Shown here piece by piece: positions 1 to 9,401 of a stretch of DNA of 40,633 nucleotides. Within the stretch, counting starts at the first letter, position 1. The number at the start of each line of letters is the position of its first letter. Both the position numbers and the translations under genes were made by a program. Origin of the DNA: Anaeromyxobacteraceae bacterium (lineage in GTDB: Bacteria > Myxococcota > Myxococcia > Myxococcales > Anaeromyxobacteraceae); assembly GCA_036395165.1 (NCBI GenBank), contig DASWDS010000035.1:1-40633 (forward strand). Reading direction: 5' to 3'. The notes under the pieces are model-generated. The model was given only the letters and a program-made list of their open reading frames with translations, had not been told where the DNA came from and searched no databases.

Positions 1-1
1 G

Positions 2-1399
2 GCGCGCTCCGGCTACTACCAGCCCGGCGGCGCGTTCGGCTTCCGGGATCAGCTCCAGGACGTGCTCGCCCTCGCGCTGGCGCGCCCCGCTCTCGTGCGC
101 GAGCACCTCCTGCGCGCCGCGGCCCGTCAATTCCTCGAGGGTGACGTCCAGCACTGGTGGCACGAGCCGAGCGGCCGCGGCACGCGAACGCGCTGCTCGG
201 ACGATCTGCTGTGGCTGCCTTACGCCGTGGCGCAGTACGTCCGCACGACCGGTGACTTGGGCGTCCTCGACGAGGTCGTGCCGTTCCTCGAGGCTGCAGT
301 GCTCGCGCCCGACGCGCTGGACTCCTACACGCAGCCGCGCGTCTCGGCGGAGCAGGCGTCGCTCTTCGAGCACTGCGTCCGCGCGATCGACCGAGCCTCG
401 ACCGCGGGCGCTCACGGTCTGCCGCTGATGGGAAGCGGCGACTGGAACGACGGCATGAACCGCGTGGGGCAAGAAGGACGCGGCGAGAGCACGTGGCTCG
501 GCTTCTTCCTCCACGGCGTGCTGCTCGAGTTCGCGCCGTGGTGCGACGCGCGGGGAGACGCTGCACGTGCCGAACGGTACCGGGGCCAGGCCGGCAGGCT
601 CGCCTCCGCGCTCGAGCGGACCTGGGACGGGGAGTGGTACCGGCGCGGCTACTACGACGACGGTGCGCCCCTCGGCTCCGCCCAGAACGACGAGTGCAAG
701 ATCGACTCGATAGCGCAGTCGTGGGCCGTGCTCTCCGGGGCGGTACCGTTAAGGTTCGCAGAACGTGCGATGGATGCCGTCCGCACGCACCTCGTCCGGC
801 GGGCGGCTCGCGTGATCCTGCTGCTCGAGCCACCCTTCGATCGGTCGGCGCAGGCTCCGGGGTACATCAAGGGCTATGCGCCCGGCGTGCGGGAGAACGG
901 CGGACAGTACACGCACGCGGCGGTCTGGGTCGTCATGGCGCTGGCGCGGCTCGGGAGCGGTGACGAGGCCGCCGAGCTGTTCCACGTGCTGAACCCCATC
1001 AACCACACACGGACGAGCGCAGACGTGGACCGCTACCGGGGCGAGCCCTACGTCGTCGCCGGCGACGTGTGCGCCCACCCCGAGCACGCCGGGCGCGCGG
1101 GGTGGACCTGGTACACCGGCTCGGCGGGCTGGATGTACCGCGCCGGGCTCGAGAGCATCCTCGGGCTCCGGCGCCACGGCGCGAGCTTCGAGGTGGATCC
1201 CTGCATCCCGGCGTCCTGGCCCGAGTACGCGATCACCTGGCGCGTCGGGGCGACGCGCTACGACATCTCGGTGTCGAATCCTGAGCGCCGCTGCCGCGGG
1301 ATCGCCTCTGCGCTGCTCGATGGCTTGCCGGTTGATCCCGGCGCCGTGCCGCTCGTCGACGACGGCGCGGTGCACCTGGTGCGCCTGGTTCTCGGATGA
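2..1399 (+). CDS. GH94 glycoside phosphorylase domain, probably the C-terminus of a cyclic beta-1,2-glucan synthase (NdvB/Cgs-type); 5' truncated by the window edge
   Basis: Frame is open from base 2 ([20 protein letters not shown]); motifs GDWNDG, [19 protein letters not shown] and [10 protein letters not shown]. Confidence 0.85.
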   Translation, partial: ARSGYYQPGGAFGFRDQLQDVLALALARPALVREHLLRAAARQFLEGDVQHWWHEPSGRGTRTRCSDDLLWLPYAVAQYVRTTGDLGVLDEVVPFLEAAVLAPDALDSYTQPRVSAEQASLFEHCVRAIDRASTAGAHGLPLMGSGDWNDGMNRVGQEGRGESTWLGFFLHGVLLEFAPWCDARGDAARAERYRGQAGRLASALERTWDGEWYRRGYYDDGAPLGSAQNDECKIDSIAQSWAVLSGAVPLRFAERAMDAVRTHLVRRAARVILLLEPPFDRSAQAPGYIKGYAPGVRENGGQYTHAAVWVVMALARLGSGDEAAELFHVLNPINHTRTSADVDRYRGEPYVVAGDVCAHPEHAGRAGWTWYTGSAGWMYRAGLESILGLRRHGASFEVDPCIPASWPEYAITWRVGATRYDISVSNPERRCRGIASALLDGLPVDPGAVPLVDDGAVHLVRLVLG

Positions 1400-1475
1400 C
1401 GCTCTCCGCGTAAACCTGAGCCCGATGACAACGCCGAAGGCGTCCCGACTTCACCCGTCCTGCGGTCGCGAGCCG

Positions 1476-2768
1476 CTACCCGCGCGGCACGAGCCCGTGC
1501 AGCAGGTCGGCGCGGTCGACCATCCCCACGAGGCGTCCATCCTTGTCGGTGACGCCGAGCACCTTGTGGTCACCTCGCAGCATGCGTGCGGTGGCCTCGC
1601 TGAGGAGCGTGTCCTCCGTCGCAGTCGGCACGTCGCGGCTCATGAGGTCGGCGGCGCGGCGCGCCCGCGCGTGCTGCTCGGCGGACGCTTCGTCGGCGCG
1701 CGGATGCGAGAACGGAAGGCGGTGCATGAGCGAGCGCAGCGCGGTCGGGCGCAGCGACGGCGTGAGCCGGTCGAGCAGCTCCGCGTCCGTCACGACCCCG
1801 ACCACGCGCCGGTCCGCGTCGACGACGAGCGCCCGGTTGAGCCGCGTCGAGACCACCGCCTGGAAGACCTCCGGAAGCGGCGTCTCGGGATGCACCATGG
1901 GGATGTCGCGGCGCATGACACGCGAGAGCGGCGTGTCGCCGGCGAGCCCGAGCTCGCGCGGGATCGGCTCCTTGCGCTCCATCGCCCGCGCCGCGGTTCG
2001 CAGCAGGTCCAGGCGGCTCACCAAGCCGACCATGGCGCCATGGTCGTCGATCACCGGGAGACGCTTCAGTCTCCGGTTCGTCATCACCTCGGCGACGGCC
2101 GGAAGCGGCGTCCTCGCGTGGACCGTGACCGGCCCCGGCGTCATGACGTCCGCGGCCGTCTTGTTCGTGGAGGCGAGGCGTCCGAGCACGTCGTGCAGCT
2201 CCGGCGTGTCGAGCGCCTGGAGCAGGTCGATGCGCACCCCGAGGCCGCCTTTGCGGACGAGGTCGCCGTTCGTGATGATGCCGACCGGGATCCCCTCCTC
2301 GAGGACGGGCACCGCCCGGTACACCTTCGCGAGCATCACCTCGACGACCTGGCGCAGCGGCGCGTCCTTCGAGACGGACGTGATCTCTCTCGACATCACG
2401 TCCGCCGCGGTGAGCGCGATCGGGAGCTCCCGGACAGGGTTCGGCTGGTGAAGGACGATCTCGGTGTCGTCCATCGTGATGAGGCCGCGCGGCACCATCT
2501 CCTTCACGCGGCCGAGGAGCCGAGCGACGACCTCGGGCGCATCGATCCATTCGACGATCATCGGGAGATCCTGGGCGACGTCCACGAGATGCGAGACGTG
2601 GATCCGACCGGCGGACCCGAAGCCGGTGACCGCGCGCAGGACGGTCGCGCCCTGCGCGTTCTCGCGCCTGAGGAGCTCGACGATCGCGAGCGCCGCCGAG
2701 GCGTGGCCGACCTTGTCCCCTTCGCTCACGTAGATGCGAACTCGCTTCGCTTTCCCGACGAGGTCCAT
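1476..2768 (-). CDS. DUF190 (PII-like) domain fused to two CBS pairs
   Basis: N-terminal RVRIYVSEGD...GATVLRAVTGFG...DLPMIVEWID is DUF190-like; four CBS repeats (TAADVM..., LPVID, VVGVVT, LVGMVDRADL); AGGAGG RBS upstream. Confidence 0.85.
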   Translation of the reverse strand: MDLVGKAKRVRIYVSEGDKVGHASAALAIVELLRRENAQGATVLRAVTGFGSAGRIHVSHLVDVAQDLPMIVEWIDAPEVVARLLGRVKEMVPRGLITMDDTEIVLHQPNPVRELPIALTAADVMSREITSVSKDAPLRQVVEVMLAKVYRAVPVLEEGIPVGIITNGDLVRKGGLGVRIDLLQALDTPELHDVLGRLASTNKTAADVMTPGPVTVHARTPLPAVAEVMTNRRLKRLPVIDDHGAMVGLVSRLDLLRTAARAMERKEPIPRELGLAGDTPLSRVMRRDIPMVHPETPLPEVFQAVVSTRLNRALVVDADRRVVGVVTDAELLDRLTPSLRPTALRSLMHRLPFSHPRADEASAEQHARARRAADLMSRDVPTATEDTLLSEATARMLRGDHKVLGVTDKDGRLVGMVDRADLLHGLVPRG

Positions 2769-2835
2769 GTGAACCTCCTGTGGAGAACATGGAAACGGTC
2801 GCGGTCTCCCCTACGATAGTCATCGTACGACATAC

Positions 2836-2901
2836 GGCGATGAAGCTCGCCCGTCCCTTGGGACGCCGCCAACCACCCCGCGAGGGGTTCATGGCTTCTA
2901 C
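2836..2901 (+). ncRNA. Fluoride (crcB) riboswitch aptamer
   Basis: GGCGA-TGAAGC-TCGCC P1 (2836-2851); inserted hairpin CGTCCC-TT-GGGACG; AAC then ACCCC-GCGA-GGGGT stem; 3' ATGGCTTCTAC, whose GCTTC can pseudoknot with GAAGC of the P1 loop. Confidence 0.75.
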
Positions 2902-3003
2902 GAGGAGCATCAGCCGCGCAGCAGCTATTCCGTGCGCGGCGGAGCCGCCTCCCACGTCGGTAGGCCATGGAGGTCGAAGGCGCGCCCCGGGACCGGCCCG
3001 CCC

Positions 3004-3897
3004 TCACCGCCGTCGCAGCGTGAGCGCGATCCCGGCGAGGATGGCGGCGCCCGAGATCGCGATTCGCGCCGTGAGGTGCTCGCCGAGGAGAGCCGTCGCG
3101 CCGATCCCGGCGAGCACCGGCACCGTGAGCTGGACGGCGGCGGAGCGGGTCGCCCCGAGGATGGGGACGACCGCGTACCAGAGGCTGTACCCTCCGGCCG
3201 ATGCGAGCGCGCCCGATGCGGCCGCGAGCAAGATGCCCTCCCCGGTCGCGACGCGGTCGCGGAGCAGCGCGACGCTCAGCGCGATCGTGAACGGGAGGGC
3301 GCGAAGGAAGTTGTCCGCGTTCGTCGCGATCGGATCGCGCGCGGAGCGCCCCCGGAGCGAGTAGGCTCCCCAGGCGACGCCTGCGGTGATCATGAGGAGG
3401 GCGCCGATCGGATCGGGCGCGCTCGCACCCGGGAGCCCGAGGTACGCAAGGCCGCCGAGCGCGACGGCGATCCCGACCCACTGGACGGCGCCGGGCCGCG
3501 CGCCGCGCGCGACGGTCCAGCCGAGCATCGTCACCTGCACCGCCCCGAAGAGGAGCAGCGCGCCGACGCCGGCGCCGATGCGCACGTACGCGAGGGAGAA
3601 CGCGGCCGCGTAGAGGAAGAGCGCGAGCCCGGCGCCGAAGCTCCCGCCGCCGGGGCGCGCGCGTCCCCTGAGGATGACGATGAGCGCGAGCGCCGCAGCG
3701 CCGGAGACGAGCCGGATCGACGTGAACGTGGCCGCGTCGACGAGCCGCGGCCGGAGCGCCGCCCGGCAGAGGAGCGAGTTCGCGGCGAAGCAGACGAGCG
3801 TTGCCACGGTGAGCGCGATGGTGCGCAGGCGCGAGGCGGCCGGCGCGGCCTCCGGCTGGCACGGGGGGATCGCGCCGCTCCGTCCGAGGGTCACCAC
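3004..3897 (-). CDS. EamA/DMT-family transporter (start uncertain; ATG at 3978 is an alternative)
   Basis: About 10 hydrophobic segments; FAANSLLCRAAL, FTSIRLVSGA and AWGAYSLRGR motifs. Confidence 0.8.
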   Translation of the reverse strand: MVTLGRSGAIPPCQPEAAPAASRLRTIALTVATLVCFAANSLLCRAALRPRLVDAATFTSIRLVSGAAALALIVILRGRARPGGGSFGAGLALFLYAAAFSLAYVRIGAGVGALLLFGAVQVTMLGWTVARGARPGAVQWVGIAVALGGLAYLGLPGASAPDPIGALLMITAGVAWGAYSLRGRSARDPIATNADNFLRALPFTIALSVALLRDRVATGEGILLAAASGALASAGGYSLWYAVVPILGATRSAAVQLTVPVLAGIGATALLGEHLTARIAISGAAILAGIALTLRRR

Positions 3898-4055
3898 GGT
3901 TGCATCATCGCACGGTGCGTCGTCATCCGAGTCTCCGGGCAGATCCCGTCGAACCACTCCCGCTGTCGTGACCGCCATGACACCCTCGTGACGAGGGGAG
4001 CGCATGACTATGGAGGCCCCGCGTGCGGCAGCGCCGCTCCGGCTCCAGGATCCCG

Positions 4056-5174
4056 ATGCCCGAGCTCTCTCCTCGCGTCCGCTTTCCGCGCGACGGTGGC
4101 TTTCACGCCGACCTGAAGCGCCGAGTGCGCGCGTACTTCGAGCGCACGCGCCGATCACCCTCGGGGGCCGTCGCGATGCACGCGAAGACGGCCGCCATCG
4201 CGGTGTGGTTTGCGACGTCGTACGCGCTGCTCCTCGCCTGTGGAGGCGCGTCGGCGTGGCTCGCCGTCGCGCTCACGGCGTCGCTCGCGCTCGCCACGGC
4301 CGGCATCGGGTTCTCCGTCATGCACGACGCGAACCACGGCGCCTACTCCCGATCGGCCGGCGTGAATCGCGCCCTCGGTCTGGCGCTCGACTTCGTGGGG
4401 GCGAGCTCGTACGTGTGGCGCTTCAAGCACAACGTCCAGCACCACACGTACACCAACGTCGACGGCATGGACGCCGACATCGAGAGCGAGCCGTTCCTCC
4501 GGCTCGCGCCGTCGCAGCGCCGGCGCGCTTTCCACCGCTACCAGCACGTCTACGCGTGGTTCCTGTACGGAGTGCTCACCGTGAAGTGGTGGTTCGTGGA
4601 CGACCCCGTCGATCTCCTGCGGGGCCGCCTCGGCCGGCACCCGTTCCCGCGGCCGCGAGGGCGCGAGCTCGCCGCGGTCATCGCCGGGAAGGGCGTCTTC
4701 CTGGCGTGGGCGGTGGTGGTCCCGGCGCTCGTCTACCGGAGCGCTTGGGTCGCCCTCCTCTTCCTGATGGGCGCGTTCGTGCTCGGAGTCGTGCTGTCGA
4801 CGGTGTTCCAGCTCGCGCATGCCGTCGGCGGCGCCGAGAGCCATGCTGCGGAGCCGGGCGATCAGCAGATGCCGACGGGCTGGGCGGAGCACCAGGTGCG
4901 CACGACCATCGACTTCGCGCCGAGGAGTCGCCTGCTCGGCTGGTTCGTCGGGGGGCTCAACTTCCAGATCGAGCACCACCTCTTCCCGGCGGTGTGCCAC
5001 GTCCACTATCCCGCGCTCGCCGGCATCGTCGAGGAGACCTGCCTCGCGCACGGCGTTCCGTACCGCTCACACCCCACGCTGCGGGCCGCGCTGGCGGCGC
5101 ACTACCGGTTCCTGCGCGCGCTCGGCCGGCCGGGGGACGATGAGATGATGCGCCCCTACCTCGTGCAGCCATGA
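4056..5174 (+). CDS. Membrane fatty acid desaturase, front-end type (delta5/delta6-like)
   Basis: His boxes HDANH, HNVQHH and QIEHH; no cytochrome b5 domain. Confidence 0.85.
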   Translation: MPELSPRVRFPRDGGFHADLKRRVRAYFERTRRSPSGAVAMHAKTAAIAVWFATSYALLLACGGASAWLAVALTASLALATAGIGFSVMHDANHGAYSRSAGVNRALGLALDFVGASSYVWRFKHNVQHHTYTNVDGMDADIESEPFLRLAPSQRRRAFHRYQHVYAWFLYGVLTVKWWFVDDPVDLLRGRLGRHPFPRPRGRELAAVIAGKGVFLAWAVVVPALVYRSAWVALLFLMGAFVLGVVLSTVFQLAHAVGGAESHAAEPGDQQMPTGWAEHQVRTTIDFAPRSRLLGWFVGGLNFQIEHHLFPAVCHVHYPALAGIVEETCLAHGVPYRSHPTLRAALAAHYRFLRALGRPGDDEMMRPYLVQP

Positions 5175-5183
5175 AGAGGCCGC

Positions 5184-5369
5184 TCACGCGTCTGGCCGCC
5201 GCGCACCGCCTAGGCGAACGAGCTTCTCGCCTTCGCCGCCGCGGCGGCCACACGCGCTGCCGCTGCTGCACCCTGCGCAGTGCCCCCCCTTCCGCCAGAG
5301 GGAGCGGTACAGGAGCCACGAGGCGAGCCCGAGGATCACGGAGCCCGTCACCACATCCACGGCGCTCAT
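5184..5369 (-). CDS. FeoB-associated Cys-rich small membrane protein
   Basis: Single TM helix followed by CAGCSSGSAC; starts 3 bp after the feoB stop. Confidence 0.8.
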   Translation of the reverse strand: MSAVDVVTGSVILGLASWLLYRSLWRKGGHCAGCSSGSACGRRGGEGEKLVRLGGARRPDA

Positions 5370-5372
5370 CTT

Positions 5373-7583
5373 TCAGCCTCCCAGCCCGAGCAGGCGGCCG
5401 CCCTGGAAGACGGCGAACGCGGCGATCCACGCGAGGGCCGTCTGCGAGACGCACGCGACGCCGAACCACTTCCAGGAGCCGAACTCCTGCCGCATGGCGA
5501 CCGCCACCACCATGCAGGGGACGTACAGGAGGACGAAGATCATGAAGGCGTACGCGGAGAGCGGCGTGAACGTGCGCTGCAGCACCGCCTTCAGTGACGC
5601 GCGGTCCGCCTTCTCCTCCGTCGAGAGGCTGGAGACGCTCCAGGTCGAGACCACGTTCGACGCCGCCGCCCTCGCGGCGCTCCCGAACGAGACCGCGATC
5701 TCGCGCAGGTCCTCCCCGAGCGTCGGCGCCGGTTCCTCCCTCTTCTGCTCGGTCGCCGGGGCGTAGATCTCCGCCATCGTCCCGACCACGATCTCCTTGG
5801 CGATGACGCCGGTGATGAGCGACGACGCGGCCTCCCAGGTGCCGAAGCCGAGGGGCGCGAGCGCCGGCGCGACCACCTGCCCCGCCCTGCCCAGGTAGGA
5901 GTCGCGCTTGTTCTCGACGCCCCAGGGCAGGTTGAGGAGGAACCACACGAAGATCGAGACGGCGAGGATGTACGTCCCCGCCTTCACGAGGAAGTGCTTG
6001 CCCTTCTCCCAGGTGTGGAGCGCGAGCGTGCGCGCGGAGGGCATCCGGTACGGCGGCAGCTCCATGATGAAGGCGGGCGCCTCGCCGCGGAAGAGCGTCG
6101 ATCGGAAGAGGACGCCCATGAGGATGGCGATCGCGATGCCGGCGACGTAGAGCGACCAGACCACGGTCCCCGAGCGCGACGCGAAGAACGCGCTCACGAA
6201 CAGGACGTAGACGGGCAGCCGCGCGCCGCACGACATGAAGGGGATGAGGAGCGCGGTGAGGGCCCGGTCGCGCTCGCTCTCCAGCGTGCGGGTCGCGTAG
6301 ATGCCGGGGACGTTGCAGCCGAACCCGAGCAGCATCGGGATGAAGGACTTTCCGTGCAGACCGATGCCGTGCATCGCGCGGTCCATCACGAACGCGGCGC
6401 GCGCCATGTAGCCGCTGCCCTCGAGGAAGGTGATGAAGAACATCATCGCGAAGATCACCGGCACGAAGACCAGCACGAAGCCGACGCCCGCGATGATGCC
6501 GTCCTTGACGAGCGACACCGTCCACGCGGGGGCGCCGATCGCCCCCAGGATGGCACCCGCCCACCTCTTGAACGGCCCCTCGCTCATCGCGCGGATCCAG
6601 TCGCCGAACGGAGAGGAGACGTCGAACGTGAGCTTGAACACCACCCACATGGCGAGGAGGAAGATGGGGATCCCGAGGTAGCGGTTCAGGACGACGCGGT
6701 CGATCCGCTCCGTCAGGTCCGTCCTCGGCAGCCGCGGCCTGGTGAGCACCTCGCGGGTGAGGCCCGCGGCGAGCGCGTAGCGCGCCTCGGCCACGAGCGC
6801 CTCGACGTCGCCGCCGTGCGCGCGCTCGAGGTGCTCGAGGGACCGGCCGATCAGGGCGGTCCGGTCGGCGCTGGTCTCGGCGAGCACACGCGCGTCGCCC
6901 TCGATGAGCTTCAGCGCGAGCCAGCGCGGGGCGTTGGTGGCCGCGAGCGGCGGCGCGTCTCGCACGATCGCGGCCGTGACGGCGCTCACCGCCTCGTCGA
7001 GGTCCGGCCCGTAGCTCAGCTCGGCGGGAATCCGCTGCGCGCCGTGGTCGGCGGTGGCGAGCACGCCGTCCACCAGCTCCTGGAGGCCGGCGCGCTTCGT
7101 TGCGGACGTGGGGACGACGCGGATGCCGAGCCGCTCCTCGAGCGCGCGCACGTCGATGCGGAATCCCTTCGCCTCCGCCTCGTCGTGGATGTTGAGCGCC
7201 ATCACGACCGGGATGCCGAGCTCGAGCAGCTGCACCGTCAGGTAGAGATTGCGCTCGAGGTTCGTCGCGTCGACGACGTTCACGATGACGTCGGGCCGCT
7301 CCCGCACCAGGTAGTCACGGGCGACGATCTCCTCCTGCGAGTAGGGCGACAGGGAGTAGGTGCCGGGCAGGTCCACCAGGCGGACGCGCCGGCCGGCGTG
7401 CTCGAACGTCGCCTCCTTCTTCTCGACGGTGACGCCGGGCCAGTTGCCGACCTGGAGCCGTGTCCCGGCGATGGCGTTGATGAGCGTGGACTTGCCGGAG
7501 TTGGGGTTCCCGGCCACCGCCACCGTCACGGTGGCGTGCTCGCCGAGGGGAGGCGCGACGGTCCTGACGGCCGCTACGCTCAT
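5373..7583 (-). CDS. feoB: Ferrous iron transporter B
   Basis: GNPNSGKS, NWPGVTVE, DLPGTYSL GTPase motifs; GFGCNVP and MSCGARLPVY gate motifs. Confidence 0.97.
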   Translation of the reverse strand: MSVAAVRTVAPPLGEHATVTVAVAGNPNSGKSTLINAIAGTRLQVGNWPGVTVEKKEATFEHAGRRVRLVDLPGTYSLSPYSQEEIVARDYLVRERPDVIVNVVDATNLERNLYLTVQLLELGIPVVMALNIHDEAEAKGFRIDVRALEERLGIRVVPTSATKRAGLQELVDGVLATADHGAQRIPAELSYGPDLDEAVSAVTAAIVRDAPPLAATNAPRWLALKLIEGDARVLAETSADRTALIGRSLEHLERAHGGDVEALVAEARYALAAGLTREVLTRPRLPRTDLTERIDRVVLNRYLGIPIFLLAMWVVFKLTFDVSSPFGDWIRAMSEGPFKRWAGAILGAIGAPAWTVSLVKDGIIAGVGFVLVFVPVIFAMMFFITFLEGSGYMARAAFVMDRAMHGIGLHGKSFIPMLLGFGCNVPGIYATRTLESERDRALTALLIPFMSCGARLPVYVLFVSAFFASRSGTVVWSLYVAGIAIAILMGVLFRSTLFRGEAPAFIMELPPYRMPSARTLALHTWEKGKHFLVKAGTYILAVSIFVWFLLNLPWGVENKRDSYLGRAGQVVAPALAPLGFGTWEAASSLITGVIAKEIVVGTMAEIYAPATEQKREEPAPTLGEDLREIAVSFGSAARAAASNVVSTWSVSSLSTEEKADRASLKAVLQRTFTPLSAYAFMIFVLLYVPCMVVAVAMRQEFGSWKWFGVACVSQTALAWIAAFAVFQGGRLLGLGG

Positions 7584-7807
7584 GGCGCTTCCTCCACGGC
7601 GATGCCCTCTGCCTCCTTCTTCCGGAGCGACAGCTTGTAGCTCTTGATGGTGACCTCGATGGGATCGCCGAGCGGCGCGACCTTTTCGACGGTGACGTGC
7701 TCTCCCACGAGGATGCCCATGTCCATCAGCCTCCGCCTCATCGGGCCAATCGCGCCCACGGCCGTGATGCGCGCGCGCGCGCCGGGCCTCAGCTTCGCCA
7801 GGTTCAT
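7580..7807 (-). CDS. feoA: FeoA
   Basis: RRRLMDMGILVG...APLGDPIEV...LSLRKKEA; ATGA overlap with feoB. Confidence 0.95.
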   Translation of the reverse strand: MNLAKLRPGARARITAVGAIGPMRRRLMDMGILVGEHVTVEKVAPLGDPIEVTIKSYKLSLRKKEAEGIAVEEAP

Positions 7808-8049
7808 TCCGGCATCCTCCTCACCACGATTCGCATGGCCACGCCGCGCGCGACCGCGATGCGCGACTCGTCCACCTTCACCAGCACCGAGCGGCCGGCG
7901 TTCGCGAGCATCTCCACGCGCTTGCCGGCGCGGAGGCCCATGTCCTCGGCGCGGCCGTCGCCGGTGCCTCGCTCACCGTCGTGAGCGGGGCCGGACCTCG
8001 GCACGATCTCGCCGACCTCACCTTGCCCGAGCAGCGCCATCGGCATCAT
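7804..8049 (-). CDS. feoA: Second FeoA-family protein (alternative start 8076)
   Basis: RAEDMGLRAGKRVEM...KVDESRIAVARGVAMRIVV; ATGA overlap with the next feoA; GAAGGGAG upstream. Confidence 0.85.
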   Translation of the reverse strand: MMPMALLGQGEVGEIVPRSGPAHDGERGTGDGRAEDMGLRAGKRVEMLANAGRSVLVKVDESRIAVARGVAMRIVVRRMPE

Positions 8050-8075
8050 GGAAGGGCTCCCTTCGCGCGATCCCA

Positions 8076-8912
8076 TCAGCCCTTCTGTGGCTCGGTCGGC
8101 CCGGCGAGGCCGAACGGGTGCTCGAAGCTCAGGTAGAAGAGGACCGCCTTCTCGCCTCGGCTCGGGCCGACGCCGAGGGGGAAGCTGACGCCGGGGACGA
8201 TCTGGAGGCCGCTCGCGAAGTTGATGGCGCCGCGCAGGCCCGGGTTGATCGTGAGCGACTCCGTCCGCTGCACGCCCGTCTTCACGGCGAGCTCCGTCGT
8301 CGTGTAGAGCGCCTCCAGCATCACGTTGAGGCGGGAGTGCGCCAGCCAGATGAGGCTCTGGCCGATGGCGAAGGTGGTGAGGGGCGCGCTGTCGGTGGCG
8401 CTGGCGCGCGCCGACGGGACGTAGGTGCCGCCGATGTTCGAGTGCGAGACGAGGTGGCTGCCCAGCGTCACGCTGAGCGGCACGTTGATCTGGAGACCCG
8501 CGCCGCCCGCGCCCAGCCCGCGCGTGGCGTCGCCGGACGGGAGGAGGAACGTGAGGCGTGGCGCGAGCGCCACGGCCGTCTCGCCGCTGCCCACCGCTTG
8601 CCAGCGGTAGTTGAGCGCGAGGTCGCCCACGCCCGTCGCCTCGGGCGCGAGGCCGACGAAGTTGAGCGTCACGCTCGCCTGGTGCGTCTGGCCGAGCACG
8701 GGCCACTCCTCGGTGAAGGAGTAGCCCCAGGCGCCCGTGCGGCTGGAGCGGCTGAAGCTGCTGATGTGCTGGATGACGCCCGGCTCCTGGTTGTAGGCCT
8801 CCTCGACGAGGAAGCTGTTGTCCTGGATCGGAGCGTCCTCGGAGCGAGCGAGGGACGGCGACAGCGCGACGACTGCGGCGGCGAGCGCGACGGCGTTGCG
8901 AACGGTAGACAT
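8076..8912 (-). CDS. Putative outer-membrane beta-barrel transporter
   Basis: Signal peptide (MSTVRNAVALAAAVVALSPSLARS), alternating amphipathic strands, aromatic-rich terminal strand VLFYLSFEHPF; first gene of the feo operon. Confidence 0.7.
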   Translation of the reverse strand: MSTVRNAVALAAAVVALSPSLARSEDAPIQDNSFLVEEAYNQEPGVIQHISSFSRSSRTGAWGYSFTEEWPVLGQTHQASVTLNFVGLAPEATGVGDLALNYRWQAVGSGETAVALAPRLTFLLPSGDATRGLGAGGAGLQINVPLSVTLGSHLVSHSNIGGTYVPSARASATDSAPLTTFAIGQSLIWLAHSRLNVMLEALYTTTELAVKTGVQRTESLTINPGLRGAINFASGLQIVPGVSFPLGVGPSRGEKAVLFYLSFEHPFGLAGPTEPQKG

Positions 8913-8996
8913 GGGGATCCTGCGAGCGGGGCTCGCGAGTGGGCGCGGGGCTCGTGAGCCACTGGCCTCGGGGTGGGGATCGCTGCGGTGAACCAT

Positions 8997-9015
8997 GATA
9001 ATGAGAACCACTATC
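8997..9015. promoter_or_regulatory. Fur box upstream of the barrel-feo operon
   Basis: GATAATGAGAACCACTATC matches 16/19 of GATAATGATAATCATTATC; AT-rich island in GC-rich DNA. Confidence 0.8.
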
Positions 9016-9157
9016 AACATCGCCGAACCCCTGTCCTTGACCGTCATCAACGGGGGTGTCGATCGTGCTCGAAAGCTCCTGCATGCCGGCGAACGCGAGG
9101 CGGGGCGCCGCTCGCGCGCCCGGGTTGACGCCGATCAAGGAGGCGCGCCGCGGAGGG

Positions 9158-9179
9158 TGATATTGAATCTGAGTTTCAA
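9158..9179. promoter_or_regulatory. Second Fur-like box upstream of bfd-fur
   Basis: TGATATTGAATCTGAGTTTCAA contains the TTGAA-N7-TTCAA palindrome, resembling the deltaproteobacterial Fur motif WTGAAAATNATTTTCAW. Confidence 0.65.
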
Positions 9180-9203
9180 GTTCACGAGCGGAGGCCGCCG
9201 CGC

Positions 9204-9401
9204 ATGGTCGTCTGCAGCTGCTTCAACCTCTCGGACGCGGACATCCGCGATCGGGCCCGCCGGGGCCTCTCGTTGAAGGAGATCCTCGACGAGACCGGCG
9301 CGGGCTCGTCCTGCGGCGCGTGCCAGCTCTCCATCGCGCGCGCGCGCGCGGGTCAGGCCGCCGCGCCCGCCCATCGCTGTGGCCACCGGACCGCCGCGTG
9401 A
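9204..9401 (+). CDS. bfd: Bfd-like [2Fe-2S] ferredoxin
   Basis: MVVCSC...TGAGSSCGAC (CxC...CxxC); GGAGG RBS. Confidence 0.85.
   Translation: MVVCSCFNLSDADIRDRARRGLSLKEILDETGAGSSCGACQLSIARARAGQAAAPAHRCGHRTAA

Noticed and set aside
8051-8064. GAAGGGCTCCCTTC palindrome covering the feoA RBS
   Set aside because: The stem is only 5-6 bp, too weak to claim translational control without data.
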